64,000 nucleotides of DNA from Candidatus Levyibacteriota bacterium. Lineage in GTDB: Bacteria; Patescibacteriota; Microgenomatia; Levybacterales; UBA12049. A program made the translations under genes and the position numbers. The first letter of the stretch is position 1; the number at the start of each line of letters is the position of its first letter. This document shows positions 1 through 8,120 of this stretch, piece by piece. The stretch lies in contig OY970292.1 of the NCBI GenBank assembly GCA_963716145.1, positions 746,169 through 810,168 on the forward strand, in the 5' to 3' direction. Below the pieces are notes generated by a model. That model searched no databases and was not told the DNA's origin. It saw only the letters and a list, made by a program, of their open reading frames with translations.

Positions 1-313
1 TTTTGTTGGGTTATACCAGGCATTCAAATTATTAAACTTTATTGATGCCAATAAAGCCTTTTCCCAAGGTGCTGTTAATACACTCAAGAATATGAAATTT
101 GCCTCTCTCAGTCTTATCGGTTTTATTGTATTAGCAGTGTTTTACATCCGTTTCGTTGCGAGTGGTGATGATCCAGCAGGTCCGACGGCGCTTGGAATTA
201 TTATCAACTTTCGCTTCTATCGTAATTGCAACCGCTGCTGCTGTTTTTCAAAAACTTCTCAAAATGCGGTAGACATAAAATCAGAAAATGATTTAACAGT
301 ATAAGGCAGGAAT

Positions 314-523
314 ATGGCAATAATAATCAACATTGATGTGATGCTGGCAAAGCGAAAAATGAGCGTCACTGAACTCACAGAGAAAGTTGGTATAACCATG
401 GCCAATCTTTCCATCTTGAAAAATGGAAAGGCAAAGGCAATCCGCTTTTCAACTCTGGAGGCGATTTGCAAAGCTTTAGATTGTCAGCCCGGAGACATTC
501 TGGAATATGAAAACAAAAAGTAA
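314..523 (+). CDS. XRE-family (Cro/C1-type) HTH transcriptional regulator, YozG-like, 69 aa
   Basis: ORF track; HTH segment 'MSVTELTEKVGITMANLSILKNGK' is typical of short XRE regulators. Confidence 0.8.
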   Translation: MAIIINIDVMLAKRKMSVTELTEKVGITMANLSILKNGKAKAIRFSTLEAICKALDCQPGDILEYENKK

Positions 524-818
524 TAGCATTATGCAACACAAAGACATTGCCAGCGTTTTCGTCGTGACAACTGGCATTTTGATGATACCCTTGGTAGCTA
601 TGCAGTTTACCAGTGAAGTGGATTGGAAGCTGTTTGACTTCATCGTCATCGGCACGCTCCTGATCGGCACCGGGCTCTTAATTGTGCTGGCAGGCAAAAA
701 GATAAAAAGCACCAACCACCGAGTAGCTGCCATTATTGCGCTCTTGGTAACACTTCTTCTCATTTGGATACATCTCGCGGTTGGAATTGTCGACACCTGG
801 CCGCTTGCCGGATCGTAA
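507..818 (+). CDS. small polytopic membrane protein, likely partner of the upstream XRE regulator; true start probably downstream of the 17-bp overlap
   Basis: ORF track; three predicted hydrophobic helices; overlaps and shares strand with the XRE gene. Confidence 0.4.
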   Translation: MKTKSNSIMQHKDIASVFVVTTGILMIPLVAMQFTSEVDWKLFDFIVIGTLLIGTGLLIVLAGKKIKSTNHRVAAIIALLVTLLLIWIHLAVGIVDTWPLAGS

Positions 819-994
819 CTGGTCGCCAAGAAAGACATACCCGAGAATACTTTTGAAAATGCTTGCTCAGCCTCATGGAAATGACTAGACCCTACTTTAT
901 GAAATTATGAAAATAAGCTAATTGAGTTTGGAAAAAACAGGCAAAATTTATTTGGCTGCAGCTATATTCGCCAGCTTTTCGGATTGCTTCAAGA

Positions 995-1465
995 TCAAGT
1001 TTTTTCATTGGCAGGAAGACTTTCAGTTACTGCCTCCGCTTTTTCAGGGTCGCGCATCATTTCATCCAAAATTCTTGGTGCTATTTGCCATGTGACACCG
1101 AATTTGTCTGTACACCATCCGCATTGTTCAGCTTCAGGAACTGCTGAAAGTTTTTCCCAGAAGAAATCAATTTCTTCTTGTGTTTCGCACTCCACAATAT
1201 ATGAAGTTGCGCCGTTAAGTTTGAATTGATCAACAGGACCACCATTAAGAGCCATGAAGCTTATTCCATCAAGCTCGTATTCAGCTGTCATAACAGATCC
1301 TTCAGGTCTTCCGGAAACTTCTTCACTTGCTTTAGGAGTTTTTGTGATGTCTCCAATTTTTGCCTGATGATCACCAGGGGCTGAATTGAAAGTATCTATG
1401 TAGTAGTTTGCTGCCTCTTCTCCGTCATTGTTGGCAAACCAGATGCATGTAATTAGTTTACTCAT
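995..1465 (-). CDS. VOC/glyoxalase-superfamily protein, PhnB/YjdN-like ('3-demethylubiquinone-9 3-methyltransferase' domain family)
   Basis: motifs 'CIWF..EEAANYY', 'ALNGGP', 'CETQEEIDFFWEKL', 'CGWCTDKFGVTWQI' match this family. Confidence 0.7.
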   Translation of the reverse strand: MSKLITCIWFANNDGEEAANYYIDTFNSAPGDHQAKIGDITKTPKASEEVSGRPEGSVMTAEYELDGISFMALNGGPVDQFKLNGATSYIVECETQEEIDFFWEKLSAVPEAEQCGWCTDKFGVTWQIAPRILDEMMRDPEKAEAVTESLPANEKT

Positions 1466-1466
1466 T

Positions 1467-1895
1467 TTATTTATCAGGAGAAAATTCTATTATCCACTCA
1501 ATACCGTATTTATCTCGAAACATACCCGCATATGAGCCCCACGGACTATCTCCCATAGGTCCTTCTACTTCTCCGCCAGCCGAAAGGCCAGTAAATAATC
1601 TGTCCGCCTCTTCTTTACTTTCCGTATTTACCAAAATCTTGCTTCTGTTTTCGTTCTCATTTACTCGTCCCAGAACTTCCGGAACATCATTGGCTATCAA
1701 CATAGTACCTGTACCGATAGGTAAAGCAATATGCATTATTTTATTTTCTTCTTTTTCTGGCACAGGGAATTCAGCGCTCGCAATGTCTTTGAAACGTACT
1801 ACTTTCGCAAACTCTCCGCCGAATACTGATTTATAAAACGTAAATGCTTCTTCTGCATTACCGTTGAAGTTAATCCAAGGATTTATTGTTGCCAT
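1467..1895 (-). CDS. VOC/glyoxalase-superfamily protein, PhnB-like, tandem paralog of the previous gene
   Basis: 'NGNAEEAFTFYKSVFG', 'MHIAL..G..LIAND', 'FRDKYGIEWII' pattern; adjacent, same strand. Confidence 0.65.
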   Translation of the reverse strand: MATINPWINFNGNAEEAFTFYKSVFGGEFAKVVRFKDIASAEFPVPEKEENKIMHIALPIGTGTMLIANDVPEVLGRVNENENRSKILVNTESKEEADRLFTGLSAGGEVEGPMGDSPWGSYAGMFRDKYGIEWIIEFSPDK

Positions 1896-2071
1896 ACAGC
1901 AATAATAGCAAATTAAAGTAATTTGTAAAGAGCTTTTATTTGGCTCCGCCTAATGGACGAAGTCAGAACCTACTATGTTAATATGTAGTTATTTGAATTA
2001 AGCTTGCAATGAATTCTTGCTTATATTGATAAGTGAGTTTAAATAATAGTATAGTATAGTATAGTATATAT

Positions 2072-2461
2072 ATGGCTAATGATCCCAAAAAAAATGAGTC
2101 GTTTTTCAAACATCTTTCCAAGCATCCAATAGATACATTTTTTGAGATATTTGTTTTTTTAGCCTTTACTCCCCTTTATACAAAAGTTACTCCCTGGATT
2201 TCAATTCCCTTAGCATTTATACAAGATATTGTTATCTTGGTCATTATGCTATTACTATTTAATGCAGATTCGGTGCACACTGGGGTTCGTATAAGCTTAT
2301 CAGCAGGTGGAATTTTGGGAGCAATACTAGCAATCGGTATTATTTCTCAATTAATAGAATTTGTTTATTCTAATCTAACTATTTGTATAGTAGGCTTATT
2401 GGTATTTTATATCTATGTTTTTGCAACAAACAAAAGACCTCGATTTGAATGGATTGATTAA
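2072..2461 (+). CDS. hypothetical integral membrane protein (AT-rich island cargo)
   Basis: ORF track; about 33% GC; hydrophobic helices; preceded by (tatag)x4 tandem repeat at 2049-2070. Confidence 0.4.
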   Translation: MANDPKKNESFFKHLSKHPIDTFFEIFVFLAFTPLYTKVTPWISIPLAFIQDIVILVIMLLLFNADSVHTGVRISLSAGGILGAILAIGIISQLIEFVYSNLTICIVGLLVFYIYVFATNKRPRFEWID

Positions 2462-2552
2462 GCATAGTATGTTCCGCCTGATAGACGACTTTTAATCTAT
2501 GTAAAATATTAAATTTATTTTTCAAATAGGTTTAATGTATTTAACATAACTA

Positions 2553-3281
2553 CTATTTATGAATTTCAAAACCATTAACAGTAAGAATTTTATATTTTCT
2601 ATCAAGTGGAACCCGTTTAGAGATTGTTTTGTTTAGTATCTTGCCAACTGTAACATTCTGGAGTTCTCTACGAAAATCATCTAAAAAAGCACTTATTTCG
2701 GTTGTATTTAGCCAATAAGTGTTAATTAATTTAATTAATTCTTTATCGTTTAATTTCATTGTTTTTCCAAAAAACTCTGGAAAGATTTGCTCAGTTAAAT
2801 TCATATGCTTATCATTTACCCTTGTTCTAAATTCATTTAGGAAGATTCCACGCATTTTTTTTAAAGAATCAAATATAATTTCATGATTTTCGTATGACTG
2901 CACAAAATTTACATATGCGGTTTGTAGATCTGAATACCTGTCCGAAACCTCATTCCATTTATCTAATCTGTGCTTTGTTTGATTATTCCCGTTTACCAAT
3001 GGATTGTTTTGGCTAATTATAAAATAAATCAACCATTGAATAGTTGTACTATAGTTTGAAAACGCTGTTGAAAATTCAAAAAGTTTATTTTGAAAATCAC
3101 TCCATCCTTCATAGATAATCTTGTGTTCAAATTGCTTAGACATTTGCCTAAAAGCTGTTTTAACGGCAATAAATGCGGCAATTAAAGTTACAGATGCACC
3201 AATTAAAACTCCTAGGAGTTGAGCTTCATTAGCATGGAGTGATTTAGTCCACTCGTGTAAACCTAGTATAGCTTCATACAT
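2553..3281 (-). CDS. hypothetical protein with N-terminal TM anchor (AT-rich island cargo)
   Basis: ORF track; about 30% GC; no recognisable motifs. Confidence 0.4.
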   Translation of the reverse strand: MYEAILGLHEWTKSLHANEAQLLGVLIGASVTLIAAFIAVKTAFRQMSKQFEHKIIYEGWSDFQNKLFEFSTAFSNYSTTIQWLIYFIISQNNPLVNGNNQTKHRLDKWNEVSDRYSDLQTAYVNFVQSYENHEIIFDSLKKMRGIFLNEFRTRVNDKHMNLTEQIFPEFFGKTMKLNDKELIKLINTYWLNTTEISAFLDDFRRELQNVTVGKILNKTISKRVPLDRKYKILTVNGFEIHK

Positions 3282-3432
3282 TTGAATGGATTATATCAAA
3301 AGATAAGCCATATTGCTCCCCAAGCCGTTGATTAATATAACTATAGATTTTGATAGCATAACTAACACAATCCAAGACGTACTATATATTGGAGAATTAA
3401 GAAAGAGATGGAAGGAGATTAAGCTTCTTATC

Positions 3433-4239
3433 TCAAGGGGTTAACTGTTTCAATTCATTTTCAATATACTTGATTTGTGCCATAAACGATTCTACATACC
3501 ATAAGGCTTCTCCCTCTTTTGGTTCAGGACTGTTTCCTGCATGGGCAACACCCCAAACATCTCCTCTATAAGCAACAAGATTTTCAATTAGCTTTACTTG
3601 TATTGGGTGTAAATTAATTTTTTTAGACAGCATTTTAAATGCAGATTCAAAAGTATTCTGAGTTGTAGTTTTTTTACAATAATCCTCAAAAACAATGCAC
3701 ATATCCTTTACCACATCCTTAGGTTTTTTAGATCTTGTAATCAAGCCATCCACTAGATCTCTAAAAACTTGCTGCGTCTTACTTGCAAAAGCTAATGTTT
3801 TATCTGTATCTGTTATGGTTTTTGCAGTTTCATCTTCTATTTTTAGATCAACATGTCCATCTGAGCTGAATTCATATACAGATCCTGAGTTGTTAAAAGC
3901 AAGACATATATCTCTAAAGAGTCTTAGTCTCTTAGTGCTATCCAAATCTCGTTTTGCTCTATCATAGTAAATTTCTATAAAATCGAAGATTTGATCATAA
4001 GTTGTTTTAGTTTCATCACGAAAATCCTCGATTCCTATTATATTGCCAAAATGCATTTGTAGATCTTTACTGAATGCTACATTATGTATCCAGTTAGTGT
4101 TGCCTATGCTGAAATTATATTCGTTTCCACTATAAGGATGTCCATAAAGTTGTAGTATTCTATTTCTCAGGCTTTTTGATGCATCACCGTATCCTGAGTA
4201 TTCTTTTTTTAGGCTATTTCGTTTTGAAAAAGTTTGCAT
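3433..4239 (-). CDS. hypothetical protein (AT-rich island cargo), 268 aa
   Basis: ORF track; about 32% GC; sits immediately next to the tRNA-derived repeat block. Confidence 0.4.
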   Translation of the reverse strand: MQTFSKRNSLKKEYSGYGDASKSLRNRILQLYGHPYSGNEYNFSIGNTNWIHNVAFSKDLQMHFGNIIGIEDFRDETKTTYDQIFDFIEIYYDRAKRDLDSTKRLRLFRDICLAFNNSGSVYEFSSDGHVDLKIEDETAKTITDTDKTLAFASKTQQVFRDLVDGLITRSKKPKDVVKDMCIVFEDYCKKTTTQNTFESAFKMLSKKINLHPIQVKLIENLVAYRGDVWGVAHAGNSPEPKEGEALWYVESFMAQIKYIENELKQLTP

Positions 4240-4280
4240 GTATAATTTAAATTCGAAGTAAATCCGAAGAAATCCATAGG

Positions 4281-4461
4281 TGCTCCGCGACTAGGATTTT
4301 CCTTCGGCTTCGCTCAGGATAAACTGTTTAATTTTGGGAAGTTTCGCTCCGCGACTAGGATTTCCGCCAAAGGGCGGATAAACTCCCCTCAGGACCCTGT
4401 CAGCCTACTGGCTGATTGAAGTTAACAGCTTCCTGTCCGCCAGCTGGCGGACTATCGCGAA
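4281..4461 (-). repeat. block of degenerate tRNA-Asn-derived repeats: two tandem copies of the tRNA 3' end (T-stem plus acceptor, 'gctccgcgactaggattt'), each preceded by a different hairpin, plus a 5'-half pseudo-copy (acceptor-TAG-16-nt palindrome-anticodon arm 'ttgaagttaacagcttcctg')
   Basis: direct comparison with the intact tRNA at 4478-4552; the palindrome 'tccgccagctggcgga' replaces the D-arm. Confidence 0.7.
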
Positions 4462-4477
4462 TAATATTCTAAAGATT

Positions 4478-4552
4478 TGGCTCCGCGACTAGGATTCGAA
4501 CCTAGGACCTTGAAGTTAACAGCTTCCTGCTCTACCGCTGAGCTATCGCGGA
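4478..4552 (-). tRNA. tRNA-Asn (anticodon GTT), CCA encoded
   Basis: hand-folded cloverleaf: acceptor TCCGCGA/TCGCGGA, D-arm GCTC-AGCGGTA-GAGC, anticodon arm GGAAG-CTGTTAA-CTTCA, T-arm CTAGG-TTCGAAT-CCTAG, discriminator G then CCA. Confidence 0.85.
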
Positions 4553-4561
4553 GCCAAATCT

Positions 4562-4807
4562 TTACTTTGGAATATATTTTTTTATGAATTCTCTTCCCCG
4601 GTAACTTTTTAATTGTCTTTCTCGGATCAATGCTGATCTGCGATCAACAACTTCTTCTTTATAAATCAGAACCCATTCCCCATCAATCTTTGCCGTAAAA
4701 TGATTTCCTCTTTTTTTATTATGTTCAGTTAGCCTTGATTCTATATTTGCTGTTTGCCCAATGTAAATTTTGTCTTTTAAACCGTTGTGTAAAGCGTATA
4801 CCCACAT
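4562..4807 (-). CDS. GIY-YIG nuclease family protein (YhbQ/UPF0213-like, 81 aa)
   Basis: 'KIYIGQTANIESRLTEHN' GIY-YIG core with conserved Arg and Glu-His; flanked by tRNA-Asn and the tRNA-derived repeats. Confidence 0.8.
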   Translation of the reverse strand: MWVYALHNGLKDKIYIGQTANIESRLTEHNKKRGNHFTAKIDGEWVLIYKEEVVDRRSALIRERQLKSYRGREFIKKYIPK

Positions 4808-4818
4808 TGAATAATTAT

Positions 4819-4856
4819 ACAGCTTCCTGTCCGCCAGCTGGCGGACTATCGCGGAA
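4819..4856 (-). repeat. truncated tRNA-Asn 5'-half pseudo-copy: acceptor TCCGCGA, TAG, palindromic hairpin, anticodon stem up to 'CTGT'. It is a 35-bp near-perfect direct repeat of 4425-4459
   Basis: sequence identity to 4425-4459 and to the 5' half of the real tRNA; it breaks exactly in the anticodon loop, where the GIY-YIG gene begins. Confidence 0.7.
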
Positions 4857-4959
4857 TATTTTTACGGTATCTGGTATTTTATCACGAAGCCTTATACAAA
4901 TCTATATATAAAAATAGAGTTGAAAAACTTACCCGCTTTCTGCTACTCTTATATGTCCT

Positions 4960-6345
4960 ATGCTCCCCAAATCAATTTGTTTTGTAGATCTTGAAACAAC
5001 AGGAACAAGTGCTTCTTATAACCGCGTAATTGAAATTGGAATTCTTAAAACAATTGATGGAAAAATCGTCAAAAAATACAAAACACTTATTAATCCTCAA
5101 ACTCATATTGATCCTTTTATAGAGCAATTGACAGGAATAAGGCCAGCTGATTTGGAGAACGCTCCTTTATTTGAGGATGTTAAAGATGAAATAGCTGAAA
5201 TTTTGGCTGATTCTGTTTTCGTAGCTCACAATGTCAGATTTGATTATGGATTTCTGCGCAATGAATTCAAAAGATGCGGTACAAGACTAAGTCTTAAACA
5301 TTTCTGTACAGTCAAGCTTTCACGCATTCTTTTTCCTGATCTGAAAAGACACAATTTGGACGCAGTAATTGAAAAGTTTGGTATAAAATGTGAGAACCGC
5401 CACCGAGCAATGGACGATGCCAAAGTGCTTTATGAGTTTTATAAAAAATCCCAAAAGCTAGTTGATAGCGAAGTATTTGAACGAGCTGTAAATATAGCGC
5501 TAAAGAGGCCCAGTATTCCTCTTAACATCAGTCAAGACGTCTTGGACAATCTCCCCGAGTCATCCGGTGTTTATGTGTTTTATGGAGAAGGTGATTCTAT
5601 CCTTTACATCGGAAAAAGTATCAATATCCACGACCGTGTTTTGTCGCACTTTTCAAACGACCATGTCTCTTCAACTGATATGAAAATATCAAAAGAAATA
5701 ACCCACATTGAGACAATTGTGACCTCCGGAGAATTGGGAGCATTGCTTCTGGAATCAACGATGATCAAAAAGCATCAGCCGTTTTTCAACCGCCGCCTCC
5801 GAGCGTCACGGAAAATGACAATTCTTATGAAATGTGTTGATCAAAACGGCTACAATTCCACCGAAATCAAAGAACTTGAGGCTATATCTGTTACTGATAT
5901 AGATAACATAATCGGAGTTTTCAAAAATCCCAAGCAGGTAAAAGATTTTCTCTATATTCTGGCTAAGAATTACCGGCTTTGCCCAAAATTGTTAAGACTT
6001 GAGAAAACGAAAAGCTATTGTTTTTATTATCAGCTTAACCAGTGTGATGGCGCCTGTAAAAATGATGAGCTTAACCTGAAATACAATCTGCGCTTTGATG
6101 AAGCTTTTTACAAGCACAAGATAAGGCCATGGAAGTTTGAGGGCCCGATAATAATTAAAGAAAATAACCATGCTAAAGACGGATTTGTGGTGGATAAATG
6201 GTGTCTTCTCGGCAAAATCAATGCTGACACGGGCTTTGAAGATTTATCAAAAGAATATATATTTGATCTTGATACATACAAAATCCTGAGCAGATTCATA
6301 ACAAAACGCGATAAATCCCTGACAATCAATATGCTGAAAAATTAA
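4960..6345 (+). CDS. DnaQ-like DEDDh 3'-5' exonuclease fused to a UvrC/Cho-type GIY-YIG nuclease domain (Cho-like excinuclease or PolIII epsilon-like)
   Basis: Exo I 'FVDLETTG', Exo II 'HNVRFDYGFL', Exo III 'HRAMDDA'; GIY-YIG 'GVYVFYG..ILYIGKS...R..SHF'. Confidence 0.75.
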   Translation: MLPKSICFVDLETTGTSASYNRVIEIGILKTIDGKIVKKYKTLINPQTHIDPFIEQLTGIRPADLENAPLFEDVKDEIAEILADSVFVAHNVRFDYGFLRNEFKRCGTRLSLKHFCTVKLSRILFPDLKRHNLDAVIEKFGIKCENRHRAMDDAKVLYEFYKKSQKLVDSEVFERAVNIALKRPSIPLNISQDVLDNLPESSGVYVFYGEGDSILYIGKSINIHDRVLSHFSNDHVSSTDMKISKEITHIETIVTSGELGALLLESTMIKKHQPFFNRRLRASRKMTILMKCVDQNGYNSTEIKELEAISVTDIDNIIGVFKNPKQVKDFLYILAKNYRLCPKLLRLEKTKSYCFYYQLNQCDGACKNDELNLKYNLRFDEAFYKHKIRPWKFEGPIIIKENNHAKDGFVVDKWCLLGKINADTGFEDLSKEYIFDLDTYKILSRFITKRDKSLTINMLKN

Positions 6346-6350
6346 ACCTC

Positions 6351-6941
6351 ATGTATAATATGTCCATGAAGGAAATTCTGGGATTTACGACAATCATACT
6401 TGCTATAACTGGACTTATTCCTTACTTTCTGGATATTCTCAAAGGTAAGACCAAACCACATCTTTACTCCTGGATACTTTGGACCGTGACATCAATTTTG
6501 GTTTTTGTTGGGCAAATCCAAAAAGGGGCTGGAGCGGGGGCATGGAACACAGGTATAGTCGGATGCTTATCGCTTTTCATCACAGTCCTGACATTTAAAA
6601 AAGGCGCCAAAGATATAACCAAGTCAGATAAATTGATGTTTGCAATTGCCCTATTGTCAATAATACCCTGGCTTTTAACCAAAGACCCGACACTGTCAAT
6701 TATAATTTTGACTGGAATTAATCTTTCAGCGGTTGTTCTCACAATGAGAAAAACCCTCAAACATCCTGGTAGCGAAAGCTTAATTCTGTATTCAACAAAT
6801 ATTATCAGGCACTTTTTGGCAATAATTGCGTTATCAAACTACAATCTCGCAACATACATTTTCCCGAGCTCACTTTTTATAGCAAATATATTAATGGTTT
6901 TTACTATTTTGAAGCCATCTTACTTTTTTAAGCGAAGCTAA
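6351..6941 (+). CDS. polytopic membrane protein of unknown function, 196 aa; paralog of 57856..58446
   Basis: shared 'L..IKGK.KP...W.LW' and 'KHPGSESL.LYS' / 'SHPETESYLVYF' segments, same length. Confidence 0.5.
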   Translation: MYNMSMKEILGFTTIILAITGLIPYFLDILKGKTKPHLYSWILWTVTSILVFVGQIQKGAGAGAWNTGIVGCLSLFITVLTFKKGAKDITKSDKLMFAIALLSIIPWLLTKDPTLSIIILTGINLSAVVLTMRKTLKHPGSESLILYSTNIIRHFLAIIALSNYNLATYIFPSSLFIANILMVFTILKPSYFFKRS

Positions 6942-7075
6942 TTCTTGCATTTTCCTTACTTTCCTTTTATTTGTTTATATTAAAGAAAAACTAATATATT
7001 AGCATATGGAAACGCAATTATTACTCTTAACATCAGGTGCTGTGGGCTTTTTTGTCTTCATGAAAACCCAATTCC

Positions 7076-8071
7076 TCAATTAGTAAATTCTTGAGAGTAC
7101 ATTTTCCCGTATACTCCCCCATCAATTACTCCTACTCCTATTTTGCCGAAATTTGGACTGAGGATATTTTTTCTGTGTCCCGGACTATTCATAAGTCCCT
7201 GCATGGCAAGCTCTGTTGATGGTGCAAGTGCCAGATTTTCTCCCGCGAAATTAAACTCAATACCCGCTTTCTCCATTCGGTCAAAAGGCGAGACTCCCTC
7301 CGGGGTATAGTGGCTAAAATAGCCTCTAGCAAACATATCATCTGAATGAGCTCTTGCAACCGTGCGAAGTTCGTCATCAAAAGAAAGCAGCTTAACTCCT
7401 GCTTTTTCTCTTTCCTTATTTACAGCTTGAAACATCTCCCGCTCTGCTTGGGAATCCTCTGTGCCCTTTTGAACTTTGAAGTGAAGATTTACCTGACTCT
7501 TGCTTTGAGGCTCAACTGTCATAAAGTTGAGTGTTTCGCTCAATGCTCCGCCAAATACATCATTGAGCTTTTTTTCAAAAAAAGATGTATTTGTTATGAG
7601 CCGGGAGCCGATTCGTGAGTCTGTTACCAAATTTTTAACAAGGGGGGACGAGGGCAAGGACACAATTACTGAAAGCAAAAAAGACAAGACTATAAAAGCC
7701 GAGACTGCGCCTGGCACAAGGCCCAAAAAGTGGTCAATTTTTTTAAATATTTTGTAAATAACAAATGTTGGAGGTATGGAAGGAATCCTGTTAAGCAATT
7801 TCCTAAAAATAATACTTAGCAGTACTTCAGCAACTAAGGCTGTCAAGAAAAATCCTGCCGCATTTGCAAAACCCAAAGGCATAGAAAAAGAATTTATCAG
7901 AAGGGAAGCAACCAAACCATAAAATTTAAGAGCAATTATAAATGAGAGAACAAAGCTTGCCAAATCCAAAAAGGCCAGAGTAAAACCTAAAACATATCCT
8001 TCATGGGCATAAAACAGAATAACTACTACAGTAATAATATCCAGTAGATTTATGCCAAAATTTCCCATCAT
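7076..8071 (-). CDS. fusion protein: N-terminal CvpA-family membrane domain plus C-terminal CAP/SCP (YkwD-like) domain
   Basis: N-terminal multi-TM CvpA-like region; C-terminal 'GYFSHYTPEG...SPGHRKNILSPNFGKIGVGV' CAP signature. Confidence 0.65.
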   Translation of the reverse strand: MMGNFGINLLDIITVVVILFYAHEGYVLGFTLAFLDLASFVLSFIIALKFYGLVASLLINSFSMPLGFANAAGFFLTALVAEVLLSIIFRKLLNRIPSIPPTFVIYKIFKKIDHFLGLVPGAVSAFIVLSFLLSVIVSLPSSPLVKNLVTDSRIGSRLITNTSFFEKKLNDVFGGALSETLNFMTVEPQSKSQVNLHFKVQKGTEDSQAEREMFQAVNKEREKAGVKLLSFDDELRTVARAHSDDMFARGYFSHYTPEGVSPFDRMEKAGIEFNFAGENLALAPSTELAMQGLMNSPGHRKNILSPNFGKIGVGVIDGGVYGKMYSQEFTN

Positions 8072-8120
8072 AATGTATATTATAAAGCAAATTGATCTAT
8101 GCTAAAATAGAAAGACGAAG

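Noticed and set aside
92-304. 70-aa ORF upstream of the XRE regulator
   Set aside because: It has a hydrophobic N-terminus but an odd Cys/Arg-rich tail and no RBS-like context. I could not separate it from a spurious ORF, so it is not called.
3433-4239. Possible HEPN (R-x4-6-H) motif in the 268-aa island protein ('YRGDVWGVAH')
   Set aside because: The Arg-His spacing is 7 residues, outside the canonical HEPN window, and no other supporting features are present. It is left as hypothetical.
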